This document shows, one piece after another, positions 19,944-30,325 of a stretch of DNA of 64,000 nucleotides. Position 1 is the stretch's first letter. The number at the start of each line of letters is the position of its first letter. The notes under the pieces were generated by a model, which saw only the letters and a list, made by a program, of their open reading frames with translations, searched no databases and was not told where the DNA came from. The DNA lies in the NCBI GenBank assembly GCA_963730935.1, contig CAVSTP010000003.1, positions 288,001 to 352,000 on the forward strand. The letters run 5' to 3'. Source of the stretch: an uncultured Nitrospiraceae bacterium. GTDB lineage: Bacteria > Nitrospirota > Nitrospiria > Nitrospirales > Nitrospiraceae. The translations under genes were made by a program, and so were the position numbers.

Positions 19944-21105
19944 ATTCAGACACTTCGACTTTGTCCAGGCCCTGTTTGACGAGTGTTCCAATGTCGAGGC
20001 TGCGCTCGATTCTGCGGATGTCGTCGATGCGGGTCTTGGTGCTCGGATGCGGCGGAACGAAGAGGGAACAGCAGTCTTGATCCGGCTCGATTGACGTGCT
20101 GAAGGTGCCGATCCGCTGCGCCTGGTCAGTGATCTCGATCTTGTCCATGCCAATGAGCGGACGGAGAAGCGGCAGCTCCGCTGCTTCTTCGATGACTGAT
20201 AGGTTCTCCGGCGTCTGTGACGCCACCTGCCCCAAGCTGTCTCCTGTCACGAGTGCCCAGCAGCGGTCGGCCGGCGCAAGCTCGCCTGCGATACGAACCA
20301 TCAGCCGGCGATAGAGCACGACGCGATAGGCGGAAGGCGCTTCCGCCACGATCTCACGCTGGATTTCGCCGAACGGGACGATGAACAGTTTCGAGCGGTA
20401 TTGGTGGGCGGTCAGGATTTGCACCAACTCCCGCACCTTCTCTTCGGATGCCCGGCTCACCAGCGGGCGTCCGGAAAAATGGACGAACACCGCGTTGCAG
20501 CCCCGTTTCATCATGCGGTAGGCGGCGACCGGTGAATCGATGCCTCCCGAAATCAAACAGGCCACCGTTCCGCTAACGCCCACGGGCATCCCGCCGGGAC
20601 CTTGGATCTTCTCGAGATAATAATAGGCGTCTTTGGACAGCAGTTCGATATAGATCGTCAGGTCGGGCGCCGTAAGCTTGACGGTTTTTCCCGTCAAGTC
20701 ACAGAGATATTTGCCCACCGCCCTCTCGACGTCCATCGAGGTGAGGGTGAGGCGTTTGTCGGCCCGCTTGGCGGTCACACGAAATGTGTCGAACGTGCGC
20801 TGAGCGACTGCCGCGCCGATTTCGCGCGTCAGTTCCTCGAGGTCCGGTCTGTGAAGATTTAGCGGCACGGCGTGAGCGAGCGAAAAATTGGCGATGCCGA
20901 ATACCGCAGACAGCCGTTCCTTGACGGTGTGATCGCTGAGGTGGTCGGGAAGGACGACGCGAAGGCGGCCTTGGAGACTTTCGATGCGTGTGGCACCGAC
21001 GCCTTTCAGGGCCGTGCGGATGTTGCCGATCAGCTGCCGCTCGAAAAAGTCCCTGTTCCGGCCTTTCAACGCCAGTTCGTGATAATGGATGATCGCGCAG
21101 CGCAT
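19927..21105 (-). CDS. thiI: tRNA 4-thiouridine(8) synthase ThiI (no rhodanese domain)
   Basis: ELALKGRNR, THUMP domain, SGGIDSPVA, TGDSLGQVASQT, DCCSLF. Confidence 0.95.
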   Translation of the reverse strand: MRCAIIHYHELALKGRNRDFFERQLIGNIRTALKGVGATRIESLQGRLRVVLPDHLSDHTVKERLSAVFGIANFSLAHAVPLNLHRPDLEELTREIGAAVAQRTFDTFRVTAKRADKRLTLTSMDVERAVGKYLCDLTGKTVKLTAPDLTIYIELLSKDAYYYLEKIQGPGGMPVGVSGTVACLISGGIDSPVAAYRMMKRGCNAVFVHFSGRPLVSRASEEKVRELVQILTAHQYRSKLFIVPFGEIQREIVAEAPSAYRVVLYRRLMVRIAGELAPADRCWALVTGDSLGQVASQTPENLSVIEEAAELPLLRPLIGMDKIEITDQAQRIGTFSTSIEPDQDCCSLFVPPHPSTKTRIDDIRRIERSLDIGTLVKQGLDKVEVSEFTFPT

Positions 21106-21129
21106 CGCTCGGCAGCCCCAGCCCTCGAT

Positions 21130-22053
21130 TCAGCTGTGCCCTGTGAGCTCCAAGTACCGCTCGGCATCGATCGCGGCCATGCAACCGGTTCCTGCGGCGG
21201 TAACCGCCTGTCGATAGGTCGAATCCTGGACATCCCCCGCGGCGAACACCCCGGGTACGCTCGTGGCCGTACCGTTCTTGGTCACGATATATCCTTTGGC
21301 GTCCATGTCGACTTGCCCGGCAAACAAAGCCGTGTTCGGGCGATGACCGATCGCGACGAAGACGCCGGAGATGGGGAGTGTCGTGGTGGTGCCCATGACC
21401 AGGTTCTTGAGCCGGACGCCGGTGACGACGTCGTCGCCGAGAATGTCTTCGACGAGGGTATTCCAGATGAAGGAAATCCGCTCGTTTTTGAGCGCCCGGT
21501 CCTGCATGATTTTGGAGGCGCGCAGTTTGTCTCGACGATGGACCACGAACACCCTTGTGGCGAACTTGGTGAGAAAATTGGCCTCTTCCATCGCGCTGTC
21601 CCCGCCCCCGACGACGACCAGTTCCTTGCCGCGAAAGAAAAAGCCATCGCATGTCGCGCAGGTCGAGACGCCGTGGCCGGTCAACCGCGCCTCATTATTG
21701 AGTCCGATTTGGATGGCCGACGCGCCCGTGGCGATGATGACGGTGCGGCTTTCGATCTTCTGTTCGTGGTCGACGGTGATCGTGAACGGATGTTTGCGAA
21801 ATTCTACCGCTGTGACGTCGCCTGTCAGGAAGGTCGTGCCGAACCGCTCCGCCTGCGCACGCATCTCCTTCATGAGGTCCGGGCCCATGATTCCCTTGGC
21901 AAAACCTGGAAAATTCTCCACTTCTGTGGTGGTGGTGAGTTGTCCGCCGGACTGCCAGCCTTCAATGAGGAGGGGAGACAAATTGGCGCGGGCGGCATAC
22001 ACCGCTGCGGTGAGACCCGCCGGTCCCGAACCGATGATGAGCACGTGGTGCAT
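21130..22053 (-). CDS. trxB: Thioredoxin-disulfide reductase
   Basis: GSGPAG, CATCDG, GGGDSAMEEA, FAAGDV. Confidence 0.97.
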   Translation of the reverse strand: MHHVLIIGSGPAGLTAAVYAARANLSPLLIEGWQSGGQLTTTTEVENFPGFAKGIMGPDLMKEMRAQAERFGTTFLTGDVTAVEFRKHPFTITVDHEQKIESRTVIIATGASAIQIGLNNEARLTGHGVSTCATCDGFFFRGKELVVVGGGDSAMEEANFLTKFATRVFVVHRRDKLRASKIMQDRALKNERISFIWNTLVEDILGDDVVTGVRLKNLVMGTTTTLPISGVFVAIGHRPNTALFAGQVDMDAKGYIVTKNGTATSVPGVFAAGDVQDSTYRQAVTAAGTGCMAAIDAERYLELTGHS

Positions 22054-22083
22054 GGTGTCAATCTAGCACAGGGAAGCAGCGTA

Positions 22084-22695
22084 TTACAGATGGGCCGGTA
22101 CCCGGCGAAAGTTCTGCATCAGCCGTCGGACTTCTTTTCTTACCAGAGTTTTGTCCCCGGTGCCGTCCAACACGACATCCGCGCCAAGCACTTTTTGAGC
22201 CAGCGGCATCTGGCTCTTGATGCGTCGAAGCGCTTCCGTTCTTGTCATTCCGTTGCGATGTTTGAGCCGGGCGATCTGCGTTTCGCGGTCGGCGGTGACG
22301 ACGACGATGGTATCCACCCGCTGATGGGCGCCGGATTCAAATAAGAGCGGCACTTCGTATACGACGACGGCATGAGGAGCCCGTTTGGCGATACGGCGGG
22401 CGAGCCGCTGCTCTTCTCGCGCTACCCGCGGATGGATGATGTGCTCGAGCCGTCGAAGCTTTTGTCGATTGTGGAAGACGATCGTCCCGAGCGCATGGCG
22501 GTCGATGGACCCGTCTTGGTTCAACACATCATCGCCGAACACCTTCACGATCTCGCGCCAAGCCGGCTTGCCCCGCCGCACGACGTCTCGAGCGAGCTGA
22601 TCGGCATCAATGATGACTGCGCCGCAGCGTTTGAACATTTGCGCCACGGTACTTTTCCCCGTCGCGATTCCTCCGGTCAGGCCCACCACGATCAT
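22084..22695 (-). CDS. coaE: Dephospho-CoA kinase
   Basis: GLTGGIATGKSTV, DADQLAR, IIHPRV, VPLLFE. Confidence 0.96.
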   Translation of the reverse strand: MIVVGLTGGIATGKSTVAQMFKRCGAVIIDADQLARDVVRRGKPAWREIVKVFGDDVLNQDGSIDRHALGTIVFHNRQKLRRLEHIIHPRVAREEQRLARRIAKRAPHAVVVYEVPLLFESGAHQRVDTIVVVTADRETQIARLKHRNGMTRTEALRRIKSQMPLAQKVLGADVVLDGTGDKTLVRKEVRRLMQNFRRVPAHL

Positions 22696-22775
22696 GCGCC
22701 GAAGAATAGCATGAGATCTCGTGAATGTCGTTGGGCCGATTGACTTCCGGCGGGACGCGCCTGTATGACGTCAGC

Positions 22776-23795
22776 ATGATGCCGGTAAAAATCATCGCGT
22801 GTCTGGCCGCGGCGTGCCTTGTCGCAGGCGCGGGTCTACGAGCGGAGGGCGGAACTGCCACGAATCCCAGAACCATTGTTGTGGCGTTGGACGGGAGCGG
22901 CGATTTCAAGTCCATTCAGGAGGCCGTGGACTCAGCGGCCAAGGGCGATACGGTATTCCTCAAGCCGGGCCGTTATGAGCAGGACATCACGATTCACAGT
23001 AAGGATCATCTCAGACTTATCGGTGCCGGGCAGGACAAGGTCACGTTGATCGGCCGTGAAGACTTGGTTGGAGTCCTGCATGTCGGAAAATGGCCGTACG
23101 GCGCCACCAACATTGAGATTAGCGACATGACGATCAATGAGCATGGCGGGCATGCCGTCGGACTGTTCAATGCCCGCGGGGTGTTACTGAAGCGGTTGAC
23201 AGTCAACGGCATGCTGTTCAGTCAACAAGTCGAAGACGCCCGCATCGAAGACTGCACCATCGGGGGCAGCGAGACGACCGGCGTGCAGTTCGCCGATTCG
23301 CAGGCCGTCCTCATCGGGAATTTCATTCACGACAATGACCACGGCGTGAACGTCGCCGGAAAATCGAACGTCCGGTTGGAGCGGAACGTCATTACTAGAA
23401 GCCTGTTTGAAGCTGTCGTCGTGAACGACCGTGCCAAGGCGGTGCTCATCAGCAATACGCTCGTCAAAAACGGAGGCGGGGCTGCCTTCCTTGGGCAGTC
23501 GCAAAGCGATGTCAGCGGCAACGTTGTCGGCCTCAACCGGGTGGGATTTCTCGTCGCATCGTCGAGCCGGGCCGCGATGTCCTATAACGCGTTCTATAAC
23601 ACCGACGGCGACTATCTCCGCGTGGGAAACCCCAATCAGCCGGCCCCCGAACTTAAGGCGCAATCGGACATTACCGGAGACCCATATTTTGTCGACCCGG
23701 CAAAAGATGACTTCCGTCTACGCGCGGACACTCCGCTCATCAAGGTTGGTTCATTCCCGTTCCTTGGTGCCCTTCCTCCGCTGAACTCTCAGTAA
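22776..23795 (+). CDS. Exported right-handed parallel beta-helix protein (pectin-lyase-like)
   Basis: VVALDGSGDFKSIQEAVD, PGRY, repeated GNxI/NxxG beta-helix turns, DPYFVD...DFRL. Confidence 0.8.
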   Translation: MMPVKIIACLAAACLVAGAGLRAEGGTATNPRTIVVALDGSGDFKSIQEAVDSAAKGDTVFLKPGRYEQDITIHSKDHLRLIGAGQDKVTLIGREDLVGVLHVGKWPYGATNIEISDMTINEHGGHAVGLFNARGVLLKRLTVNGMLFSQQVEDARIEDCTIGGSETTGVQFADSQAVLIGNFIHDNDHGVNVAGKSNVRLERNVITRSLFEAVVVNDRAKAVLISNTLVKNGGGAAFLGQSQSDVSGNVVGLNRVGFLVASSSRAAMSYNAFYNTDGDYLRVGNPNQPAPELKAQSDITGDPYFVDPAKDDFRLRADTPLIKVGSFPFLGALPPLNSQ

Positions 23796-23891
23796 ACATT
23801 CTTATTATTCAAGAGCTTCCATGGCCGAACTGGCTGTCCTCCAGCCATGTGCTAAGCTAACAGTACGCAGGAACACCGAGCCTCAATTCGC

Positions 23892-23907
23892 TGGCGTAAG
23901 AATTGCT
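23892..23907 (+). promoter_or_regulatory. Sigma-54 (-24/-12) promoter
   Basis: TGGCGTAAGAATTGCT = GG-N10-GC with TTGC, followed by an AGGAGG SD. Confidence 0.65.
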
Positions 23908-23944
23908 GAAAAGTATTGCTGGGTAGATCATAGGAGGGTCTAGC

Positions 23945-24130
23945 GTGGCAAGCTACAAACAGGAGCTGGAAAAACGCGGGCCGGAAGGCATCCCCTCTCT
24001 TGATGACATCGAGCCCGGCAAGATCTGCGGAGCGGTGATTCCCATGTCCGAGCGGGCACAGACGCAAATGCGCGATAGCATTGAAGTGATCGATTATCTT
24101 CTGAACCAGGAGCGGGTGATCTGGAGCTAG
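23945..24130 (+). CDS. Small hypothetical protein (61 aa)
   Basis: Strong SD AGGAGG before GTG, candidate sigma54 promoter, fills intergenic gap. Confidence 0.65.
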   Translation: MASYKQELEKRGPEGIPSLDDIEPGKICGAVIPMSERAQTQMRDSIEVIDYLLNQERVIWS

Positions 24131-24255
24131 GCCCTGCGCTCCGATCGACTGTTCTTTCCCTCTCGAGAAAATCCCTTCTCTCCTCTTGACAGTTCTTTCT
24201 CCGCTTCGTAGTCTCGCTGCCAGATCCCAGCCCTTTGCCACAGAGGAGACTCCGC

Positions 24256-24795
24256 ATGATTCGTCGCAAGCCGTTTAAGCGCGCTCAGACATCCACCGCC
24301 ATATTGTGCCTGGCCACGGCGTTCCTGTTCGCCCCTCGTGCAGGGGCGGACGAATTGCCAAAGGAATCCCTGTTGCCCCTATCCCTGGCCACCAAGGCCG
24401 TGCAGGCCGCACTGGAGGCCTGCAAAAAGGACGGCTATCGCGTCAGCGTGTCCGTCGTCGACCGGGCCGGCGTGCTGCGTGCCATGGGACGAGCGGACGG
24501 TGCGGGGTCTCACACGGTCGAGAGCAGCAGAAAAAAGGCCTATACCGCGGCAAGCTTGCGGCGTCCGACGACCGAGCTGGCGGAGTTGATCGCAAAAGTG
24601 CCCACGTTGCAAGCCCTGAGGGAAATGAACCCTGAAATTCTGATCCTCGGCGGTGGCTTGCCGATTGAAATCAGCGGCGATGTGGTGGGGGGTATTGGAG
24701 TGGGCGGGGCACCAGGCGCGCACCTCGACGATGCCTGTGCGCAGGCCGGCCTCGATGTGATCGGCGGTGCTCCGAAGATTCCTTCCGCCAAGTGA
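24256..24795 (+). CDS. GlcG/HbpS-family heme-binding exported protein
   Basis: VSVVDRAG, RADGA, KKAYTA, GGLPI, GGIGVGGAPG...DDACA. Confidence 0.88.
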   Translation: MIRRKPFKRAQTSTAILCLATAFLFAPRAGADELPKESLLPLSLATKAVQAALEACKKDGYRVSVSVVDRAGVLRAMGRADGAGSHTVESSRKKAYTAASLRRPTTELAELIAKVPTLQALREMNPEILILGGGLPIEISGDVVGGIGVGGAPGAHLDDACAQAGLDVIGGAPKIPSAK

Positions 24796-25247
24796 TCGCC
24801 CGATGGCGCGCGGGCGCAATGTTCGCCGCCCTGGCGGTGATTCCTGCCTGTAATAGCGACGTGCCGGTGTCCGCCGTCGGAGAGATCACACCTCCAGGTC
24901 TACACGTCACCGTCACACGAGTGGCCACGCATCCGTTTTTGGCTCGTTTTAGTCTCAAGCTCACCGTCACGGCGCCCAACGGCTGTTCGGCCACGAGCGA
25001 GCTGTTCCCTGACACCGGCAGCGTCAGCCGGCGCAATGTCTACCGCGGTGGAATAGACCGGCTCTATGTGGTGGGGCAGTTTGACGTGCGCCGCTTCGAC
25101 CTGCACGCTTGCCGAATTGAGCTCATGGAATTTCGGTCAGTCGAGCGAGATCTGCTGTTCGTCGGATCGTTCGACGTCGATATCTCAGGTCATTGGACGT
25201 TTCTTCCAGCCGACGTGAGGCCGGAACGGCCGTTTCAACCGTTGTAA
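24792..25247 (+). CDS. Hypothetical lipoprotein
   Basis: Lipobox-like IPAC; GTGA overlap with upstream stop. Confidence 0.6.
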   Translation: MIARWRAGAMFAALAVIPACNSDVPVSAVGEITPPGLHVTVTRVATHPFLARFSLKLTVTAPNGCSATSELFPDTGSVSRRNVYRGGIDRLYVVGQFDVRRFDLHACRIELMEFRSVERDLLFVGSFDVDISGHWTFLPADVRPERPFQPL

Positions 25248-25272
25248 TCGGGCAAGCACCGGGACCAAGAGG

Positions 25273-25470
25273 ATGAACCAGCCAATTACCGGGTACCACC
25301 AGGACGAACATGGTGATTGGGTGGCCGATTTGGCGTGCGGCCACGGGCAGCACGTGCGTCACCAACCGCCGATGACCAACCGGCCGTGGGTGCTGACCGA
25401 AGCGGGCCGCCGACAACATCTGGGAGAGATGTTGAACTGCAAGAAATGTGAGGAAGAACCGTCGAATTGA
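25273..25470 (+). CDS. DUF3565-family small protein
   Basis: GYHQDEHGDWVADLACGHGQHVRHQPP...RPWV...LNCKKC. Confidence 0.85.
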   Translation: MNQPITGYHQDEHGDWVADLACGHGQHVRHQPPMTNRPWVLTEAGRRQHLGEMLNCKKCEEEPSN

Positions 25471-25516
25471 GGGAATTTCTGGCCGGGTCTCCTGCCTCAC
25501 TGGTAGTCTTACCAGA

Positions 25517-26104
25517 ATGACCTTTTTACGGTATTACCGGCAGACGCAAGCCTTCACACTCACCGAACTCCTGGTCGTGGTGGCAATTGTGTCGATTCTC
25601 GCGGCCTGTGCCGCCGTTCTGTTCCCACATTACATCGAACGGGCGAAAACCGCCGAGGCGGAAATCGCCATTGCAGAAGTAAAGCGGCTCGAGACGGACT
25701 TCTTCGCTCGTACCGGGACCTTTTCCTCGGATTTGAATCAGATCGGCTATCAGATGGTGCCTCCCCTGAAATATCACACCGTCTTTGTCCAGGTGGAAAA
25801 GAGCCCGCGTGGCTGGGGCTATATGGTGTTGCTGATGCCGAACGGGGATACCAAATCCGGCGGCTCGTATATGTCGCAGGGACCGGATGGACGAATCCTC
25901 TCCAACGTGGGCGCCCAGGGAGCCGCGAAGAGTGGATCCGCCTCGGGCTGCTCCGCCTGGAGCGGATGGGGATCCATGGAAGGCGGAAGGATCGAGGGAG
26001 AAGAAGGCATCTCTTCGTCGAGCAACGGCACGCCGCCTTGCGGTGGAGGCGGCCGTGTGGTGCAACATGGCCGTGGTTCCGGTACAGCGTCTGCAGCCAA
26101 GTAG
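25517..26104 (+). CDS. Type IV pilin-like protein (prepilin N-terminal cleavage/methylation motif)
   Basis: A-FTLTELLVVVAIVSILAA...YIERAK. Confidence 0.8.
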   Translation: MTFLRYYRQTQAFTLTELLVVVAIVSILAACAAVLFPHYIERAKTAEAEIAIAEVKRLETDFFARTGTFSSDLNQIGYQMVPPLKYHTVFVQVEKSPRGWGYMVLLMPNGDTKSGGSYMSQGPDGRILSNVGAQGAAKSGSASGCSAWSGWGSMEGGRIEGEEGISSSSNGTPPCGGGGRVVQHGRGSGTASAAK

Positions 26105-26111
26105 CCGCCTT

Positions 26112-27218
26112 TCAGCGCAATGTCATCATGCTCTCCGGTGGGCTAAGGGTCATGCCCAGCCCCGCTTCTCGCCAGGGAGACAGGTACGGGCCGCTATACT
26201 TGTAGCCGCCTGTGACCGGATCCTTGTCCAGAAGCAGCGGCGTGTCCAGATCGAGCACCTCAAACCCTTTCATGCCTAGCACCAGGCCGAAAGAGCACCC
26301 CATGGCAATTCGTGTTTCCACCATCCCGCCGATCATCAGTTTGAGACCGGAAGCAAGGGTGAAGAGCGCGATCTCGTGCGCCTCCATCACACCGGTCTTC
26401 ATGATCTTGATATTGACGTAGTCGGCGGCCCGTTGCGCTACCACTTGCCGTGCATCCACGAGTGATCGCACTGATTCATCCGCGGCGACCGGGATACCGG
26501 TTTCACGGCGGATGGCGGCCAGTCCGTCCAAGTCCTCCCGCACGAGCGGCTGTTCAAGCAAGAGGAGTCTGCCCCCGAAGCGAACCACTCCTCGGACGAA
26601 CGCCAGGCATTCCTCGCGAGAAAAGCCTTGGTTGCCGTCGCCGATAAAGGCCACGCCCGGCAGTTCGCGGTGGACCGCTTCGAGCCGCCGCACGTCACCA
26701 TCAACGTCCTTACCGACCTTCATCTTGAATAGACGGAAGCCTTTCGCGTGCCAGCCTCGTGCTAGCGTCAGGGTCTTTTCGAGTGTTTCAATAGGGATCG
26801 TGATATCGGTTTCATGCTCGCGCAGGTCGGTTCCGCCCCACAATGCCCACATGGGCACCTGTTGCGCGTGGCAATGGGCATCAAGCAGCGCGGTTTCCAA
26901 CGCACAGCGCGCCGCGGGTTGGTCCGGTGCCTGCTCCCGTAGGCGCTGCGCAATGATCTTGAATTGATCGGCAGGATAGCCCAGCATGGTGCGGCCCAGT
27001 TGGCTCACAGCGGCGAGACTGACAGCGCGTGTTTCTCCGCCGACCTCGGGGAACGGTGCGGCTTCACCGTACCCTTGCGAGCCATCGGACAGCGTCATTC
27101 GTATGAACAGATTTTCCGCGACCGTACGAGATCCGGTTGCCACGACAAACGGATCCGTCAGGGCGATGTCGACCGGCCAACAATCGATCCGCTCAATGAG
27201 CTGCGTTTGTCCGCTCAT
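26112..27218 (-). CDS. Dipeptide (L-Ala-D/L-Glu) epimerase, enolase superfamily
   Basis: GYGEA, KMKVG, DGNQG, EQP, ADES, NIKIMK, DLD. Confidence 0.88.
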   Translation of the reverse strand: MSGQTQLIERIDCWPVDIALTDPFVVATGSRTVAENLFIRMTLSDGSQGYGEAAPFPEVGGETRAVSLAAVSQLGRTMLGYPADQFKIIAQRLREQAPDQPAARCALETALLDAHCHAQQVPMWALWGGTDLREHETDITIPIETLEKTLTLARGWHAKGFRLFKMKVGKDVDGDVRRLEAVHRELPGVAFIGDGNQGFSREECLAFVRGVVRFGGRLLLLEQPLVREDLDGLAAIRRETGIPVAADESVRSLVDARQVVAQRAADYVNIKIMKTGVMEAHEIALFTLASGLKLMIGGMVETRIAMGCSFGLVLGMKGFEVLDLDTPLLLDKDPVTGGYKYSGPYLSPWREAGLGMTLSPPESMMTLR

Positions 27219-27313
27219 CGGCGGGCATCTTAACCAGAAACGGCCATGAAGCCAATGCGAGGGACATTGACCTGACAGATCGGTTCAATGTCTATGAAGC
27301 CACGTCCGACCTC

Positions 27314-30100
27314 ATGAATCAAGCATTCCGCTCCATGCAACTCATGGTCGTGCTCGCTTTGGCCCTCATCGGGGTTTGGATCGCGCTCCCCTCGATCGCG
27401 TCGACCGTCCTTGAATGGTGGCTTGAGCAGCAGGGGTATGAGCAGGTCGTGGTCAGCATCGGGCGCCCCGACCTTCGGTCGCTGACGGTGCCACAGATCT
27501 CGTTGGCACGGCGGCTGACGGGGGAAATGGTCACCCTCTCTCTGAACAATGCGCAAGCCGAGTACACATTGCTCGGGTTATTGTCCGGTCGTGTCGACCG
27601 CCTTACGCTGCGTCAGGTCTCGATCAAGATCCTGACTTCACCGGCCGTTTCCGACAAGGGAGAGCCTTCCACGGACGCCGTTCAGGATGCGCCAGCTTCG
27701 TTGCTCAACGCGTTGACGGCCAGCGACGTTCTTCGCCGGCTGCCTTTCTTCCCCTGGGAGGAAGTCCGACTCGAAGAAGTGAAACTGTTTCGAGAACAAG
27801 CCACGGGTCCTCTTCGGACCGTCATCATGGCTGGCACGATCAAGCATGAACGTGACATGCTGGTGGCTGAGATGCTGTTGCAGGGCGTGGATACTATTCC
27901 CTATGACATGCGGGTCACGGGTCAATCACCGGCCGATATGTCGTTGCAACTCAGGGCGGCCCAGCCTAATGCGTCGCCATTCATGCTCTGGCGGTCACAG
28001 GCGGTTCCCAAGGAAGCTCACGTGCACATTGAGGGGATCCTGGAGGTTAATGTCCGGGAGTTGGCCCCGTTTCTGGCTCTCGTGGTTCCGATCGGACCGG
28101 AATGGCAACGGGTGGACGGCAATGTAACGGTTCACTGGGCGGGTACAGCGGCTTCGGGTGTGCCGGTTGCATCATTATTGAGGGATCCGGCGACCGAACT
28201 GAATGCAACCGTACAAGTCTCTGCCGTGCTTCCCGAGCTGAAAGGGTATGGGAAGGACTTGTCGGTCAAGACCACCGGGACGCTTTCGGGGAACGCCCGG
28301 CTGATCCATTGGAGCCTCGCCGCGGGCGCCTCTGCGACGGCGACGGTCAACGGAAGGGCGGTGAAAGGCGTGGAGCCATTCAGCACGCTGTTCCAGTACG
28401 GACCGCAGTCGGTGCGTGTCGACAATGCACAGGAAAGCACAGGCGAATTGTTCTGGACTGAGTCACCGCCTCGGTTCACCGCCTCAGGACCGGTGCGGCT
28501 CTCCTATGGTTCACAGACCGGACCGATCTACGCCGAATGTCTCGTCACGCAGATCGTCGGTCGAGGACTGGCCCTCGATCATGCCGACGCCCACGTGTTC
28601 GTCAAAGGCAGTCTGCCTTCAGTTTGGCATCAACGGTTCAATGTCAAACAGGTCAGGGGGGATCTTCGAGGCGAGGTCACCTGGACGGGCGCTATGGTAC
28701 GAGCGACAGTCAGTCCTTCGTCGTCCGTGACATTCGCAGATTTGAACCAGGGGCCGCTTCGAAGCGGCGGCGGGGTCTTTCAGCTGGAAGAACCGCTTCG
28801 AATCGACGTTGATCTCCCGAACAAGCGGTGGTCCGGAAGCACAGGTCGTTGGGTGTGGCAGTCGCCTCGCCTTCAGGCTGGCGCCGCTCACATTACGATG
28901 CAGCGGGCCTCGCTCAGGGTCGAACGCGCGGAAGGCTCAGCGAAAACATACCAGGCCGAGTTGAGCGCCACCTTTGATGGCGTCGCGCTCGAGCAGTCAA
29001 CTGCGCGAAGTGCGCCCTTTGATCTCTCGATGCAAGTGGCGGCGGATCCCCAAGTGCTCAAAGCGGATATTCTGACTCGAGGCCATGACCGTCCCATCAA
29101 GCTGGCTGCACAACTCGAGCATGAGTGGTCCACGGGGCGCGGGACCGCACATGGCGTCCTGGATCCGGTCGTCTTCGACCGCTCGACGCTTCGGCTCGGA
29201 CACCTTTGGTCTCCGTGGTCGTTTCCCGGTGATGTTACCGTGGGCAGCGTGGGCGGAACCTTTGAGTGGCGATGGACGACTAATCCGCAGCAACAGCTAT
29301 CCATACAGGGAGGATCGGCCGACCTCGTTGTGGAACGGCTGGGCGGTCACTACCAAAACATGGTGCTCACCGGCGTGAATAGCAAACTCAAGGTGGCGAT
29401 CGAGGGTCTCGAACGCGTTGTCGTGTCACGCCCGGCCGAGATTACCATCGCCTCCATCCAGACCGGTGTCGACATGACCGATCTCACCATGACCGTCGAG
29501 GGCGAGTGGGATCTGCGTGAAAGGCTTCCGCTCGTCGAAGTGCGGAATATTCGCTGCGGGCTGTTGGGTGGAATGGCGATGAGCCAAGGCCTCCGGGCAG
29601 ACCTGGGCTATCCACCGTACGGGCTCACCGTGCTGGTCCGAGAGCTCGATCTGCACCAGATCTTGAGCCTTGAGCAGCAGAAAGGGCTGCAGGGAACCGG
29701 TATGCTGGACGGGTCGCTTCCCGTAACCGTGACGTCTCAGGGTCTCAGGGTGAAGGATGGAAACTTCGAGGCGCGTCCTCCCGGCGGCGTGATCCGTTAC
29801 ACGGCCTCGCCGGAAACCGCTCATGCGGTGACCCAGGCCAACACCAACATGGAGATCGTCCTGCAGGCTCTGAGCAACTTTCACTTTAATGTGTTACAAG
29901 TGGGAGCGCAGTACTCGGAAAACGGCACATTACAGTTGCAGGCACGGCTGGAAGGCAAGAATCCGGAGCAGGAGAAGAGCCCGCCGATTCATTTCAATCT
30001 GACGGTGCAAGAAAACATCCCCGCCTTGTTGAAAAGTCTTCGGCTGGTCAACGATCTCGAAGACTCTGTGCGGACCAGGTTTTCCAAACCGTCAATGTGA
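27314..30100 (+). CDS. ydbH: YdbH-family intermembrane (AsmA-like) protein
   Basis: N-terminal TM; C-terminal GTGMLDGSLP, GGVIRY, ALSNFHF, LEGKNP, NLTVQENI; followed by ynbE and ydbL. Confidence 0.82.
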   Translation: MNQAFRSMQLMVVLALALIGVWIALPSIASTVLEWWLEQQGYEQVVVSIGRPDLRSLTVPQISLARRLTGEMVTLSLNNAQAEYTLLGLLSGRVDRLTLRQVSIKILTSPAVSDKGEPSTDAVQDAPASLLNALTASDVLRRLPFFPWEEVRLEEVKLFREQATGPLRTVIMAGTIKHERDMLVAEMLLQGVDTIPYDMRVTGQSPADMSLQLRAAQPNASPFMLWRSQAVPKEAHVHIEGILEVNVRELAPFLALVVPIGPEWQRVDGNVTVHWAGTAASGVPVASLLRDPATELNATVQVSAVLPELKGYGKDLSVKTTGTLSGNARLIHWSLAAGASATATVNGRAVKGVEPFSTLFQYGPQSVRVDNAQESTGELFWTESPPRFTASGPVRLSYGSQTGPIYAECLVTQIVGRGLALDHADAHVFVKGSLPSVWHQRFNVKQVRGDLRGEVTWTGAMVRATVSPSSSVTFADLNQGPLRSGGGVFQLEEPLRIDVDLPNKRWSGSTGRWVWQSPRLQAGAAHITMQRASLRVERAEGSAKTYQAELSATFDGVALEQSTARSAPFDLSMQVAADPQVLKADILTRGHDRPIKLAAQLEHEWSTGRGTAHGVLDPVVFDRSTLRLGHLWSPWSFPGDVTVGSVGGTFEWRWTTNPQQQLSIQGGSADLVVERLGGHYQNMVLTGVNSKLKVAIEGLERVVVSRPAEITIASIQTGVDMTDLTMTVEGEWDLRERLPLVEVRNIRCGLLGGMAMSQGLRADLGYPPYGLTVLVRELDLHQILSLEQQKGLQGTGMLDGSLPVTVTSQGLRVKDGNFEARPPGGVIRYTASPETAHAVTQANTNMEIVLQALSNFHFNVLQVGAQYSENGTLQLQARLEGKNPEQEKSPPIHFNLTVQENIPALLKSLRLVNDLEDSVRTRFSKPSM

Positions 30101-30110
30101 TGGGGGAACG

Positions 30111-30305
30111 ATGAGCGTTGGAGCATGGCTCATGATGAGTGCGGGAGTCTTCTGCTTGACAGGTTTGGGATGCACGCCGCGAGTTGAGGTGGCGGCGGAC
30201 AAACCGATTACGATCAATTTGAATGTCAAGATCGATCACGAAATACGGGTGAAGGTCGATAAGGAGCTCGATCAGGTCCTGTCGCAAGACAGTGGACTCT
30301 TCTGA
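30111..30305 (+). CDS. ynbE: YnbE-family lipoprotein
   Basis: GCTPRVEV...KPITINLNVKIDHEIRVKVDKE...GLF. Confidence 0.9.
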   Translation: MSVGAWLMMSAGVFCLTGLGCTPRVEVAADKPITINLNVKIDHEIRVKVDKELDQVLSQDSGLF

Positions 30306-30325
30306 TGAGGCTCAGGGAGTAGCTC

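Noticed and set aside
20872..22344. 490-aa plus-strand ORF
   Set aside because: Antisense shadow of thiI/trxB/coaE
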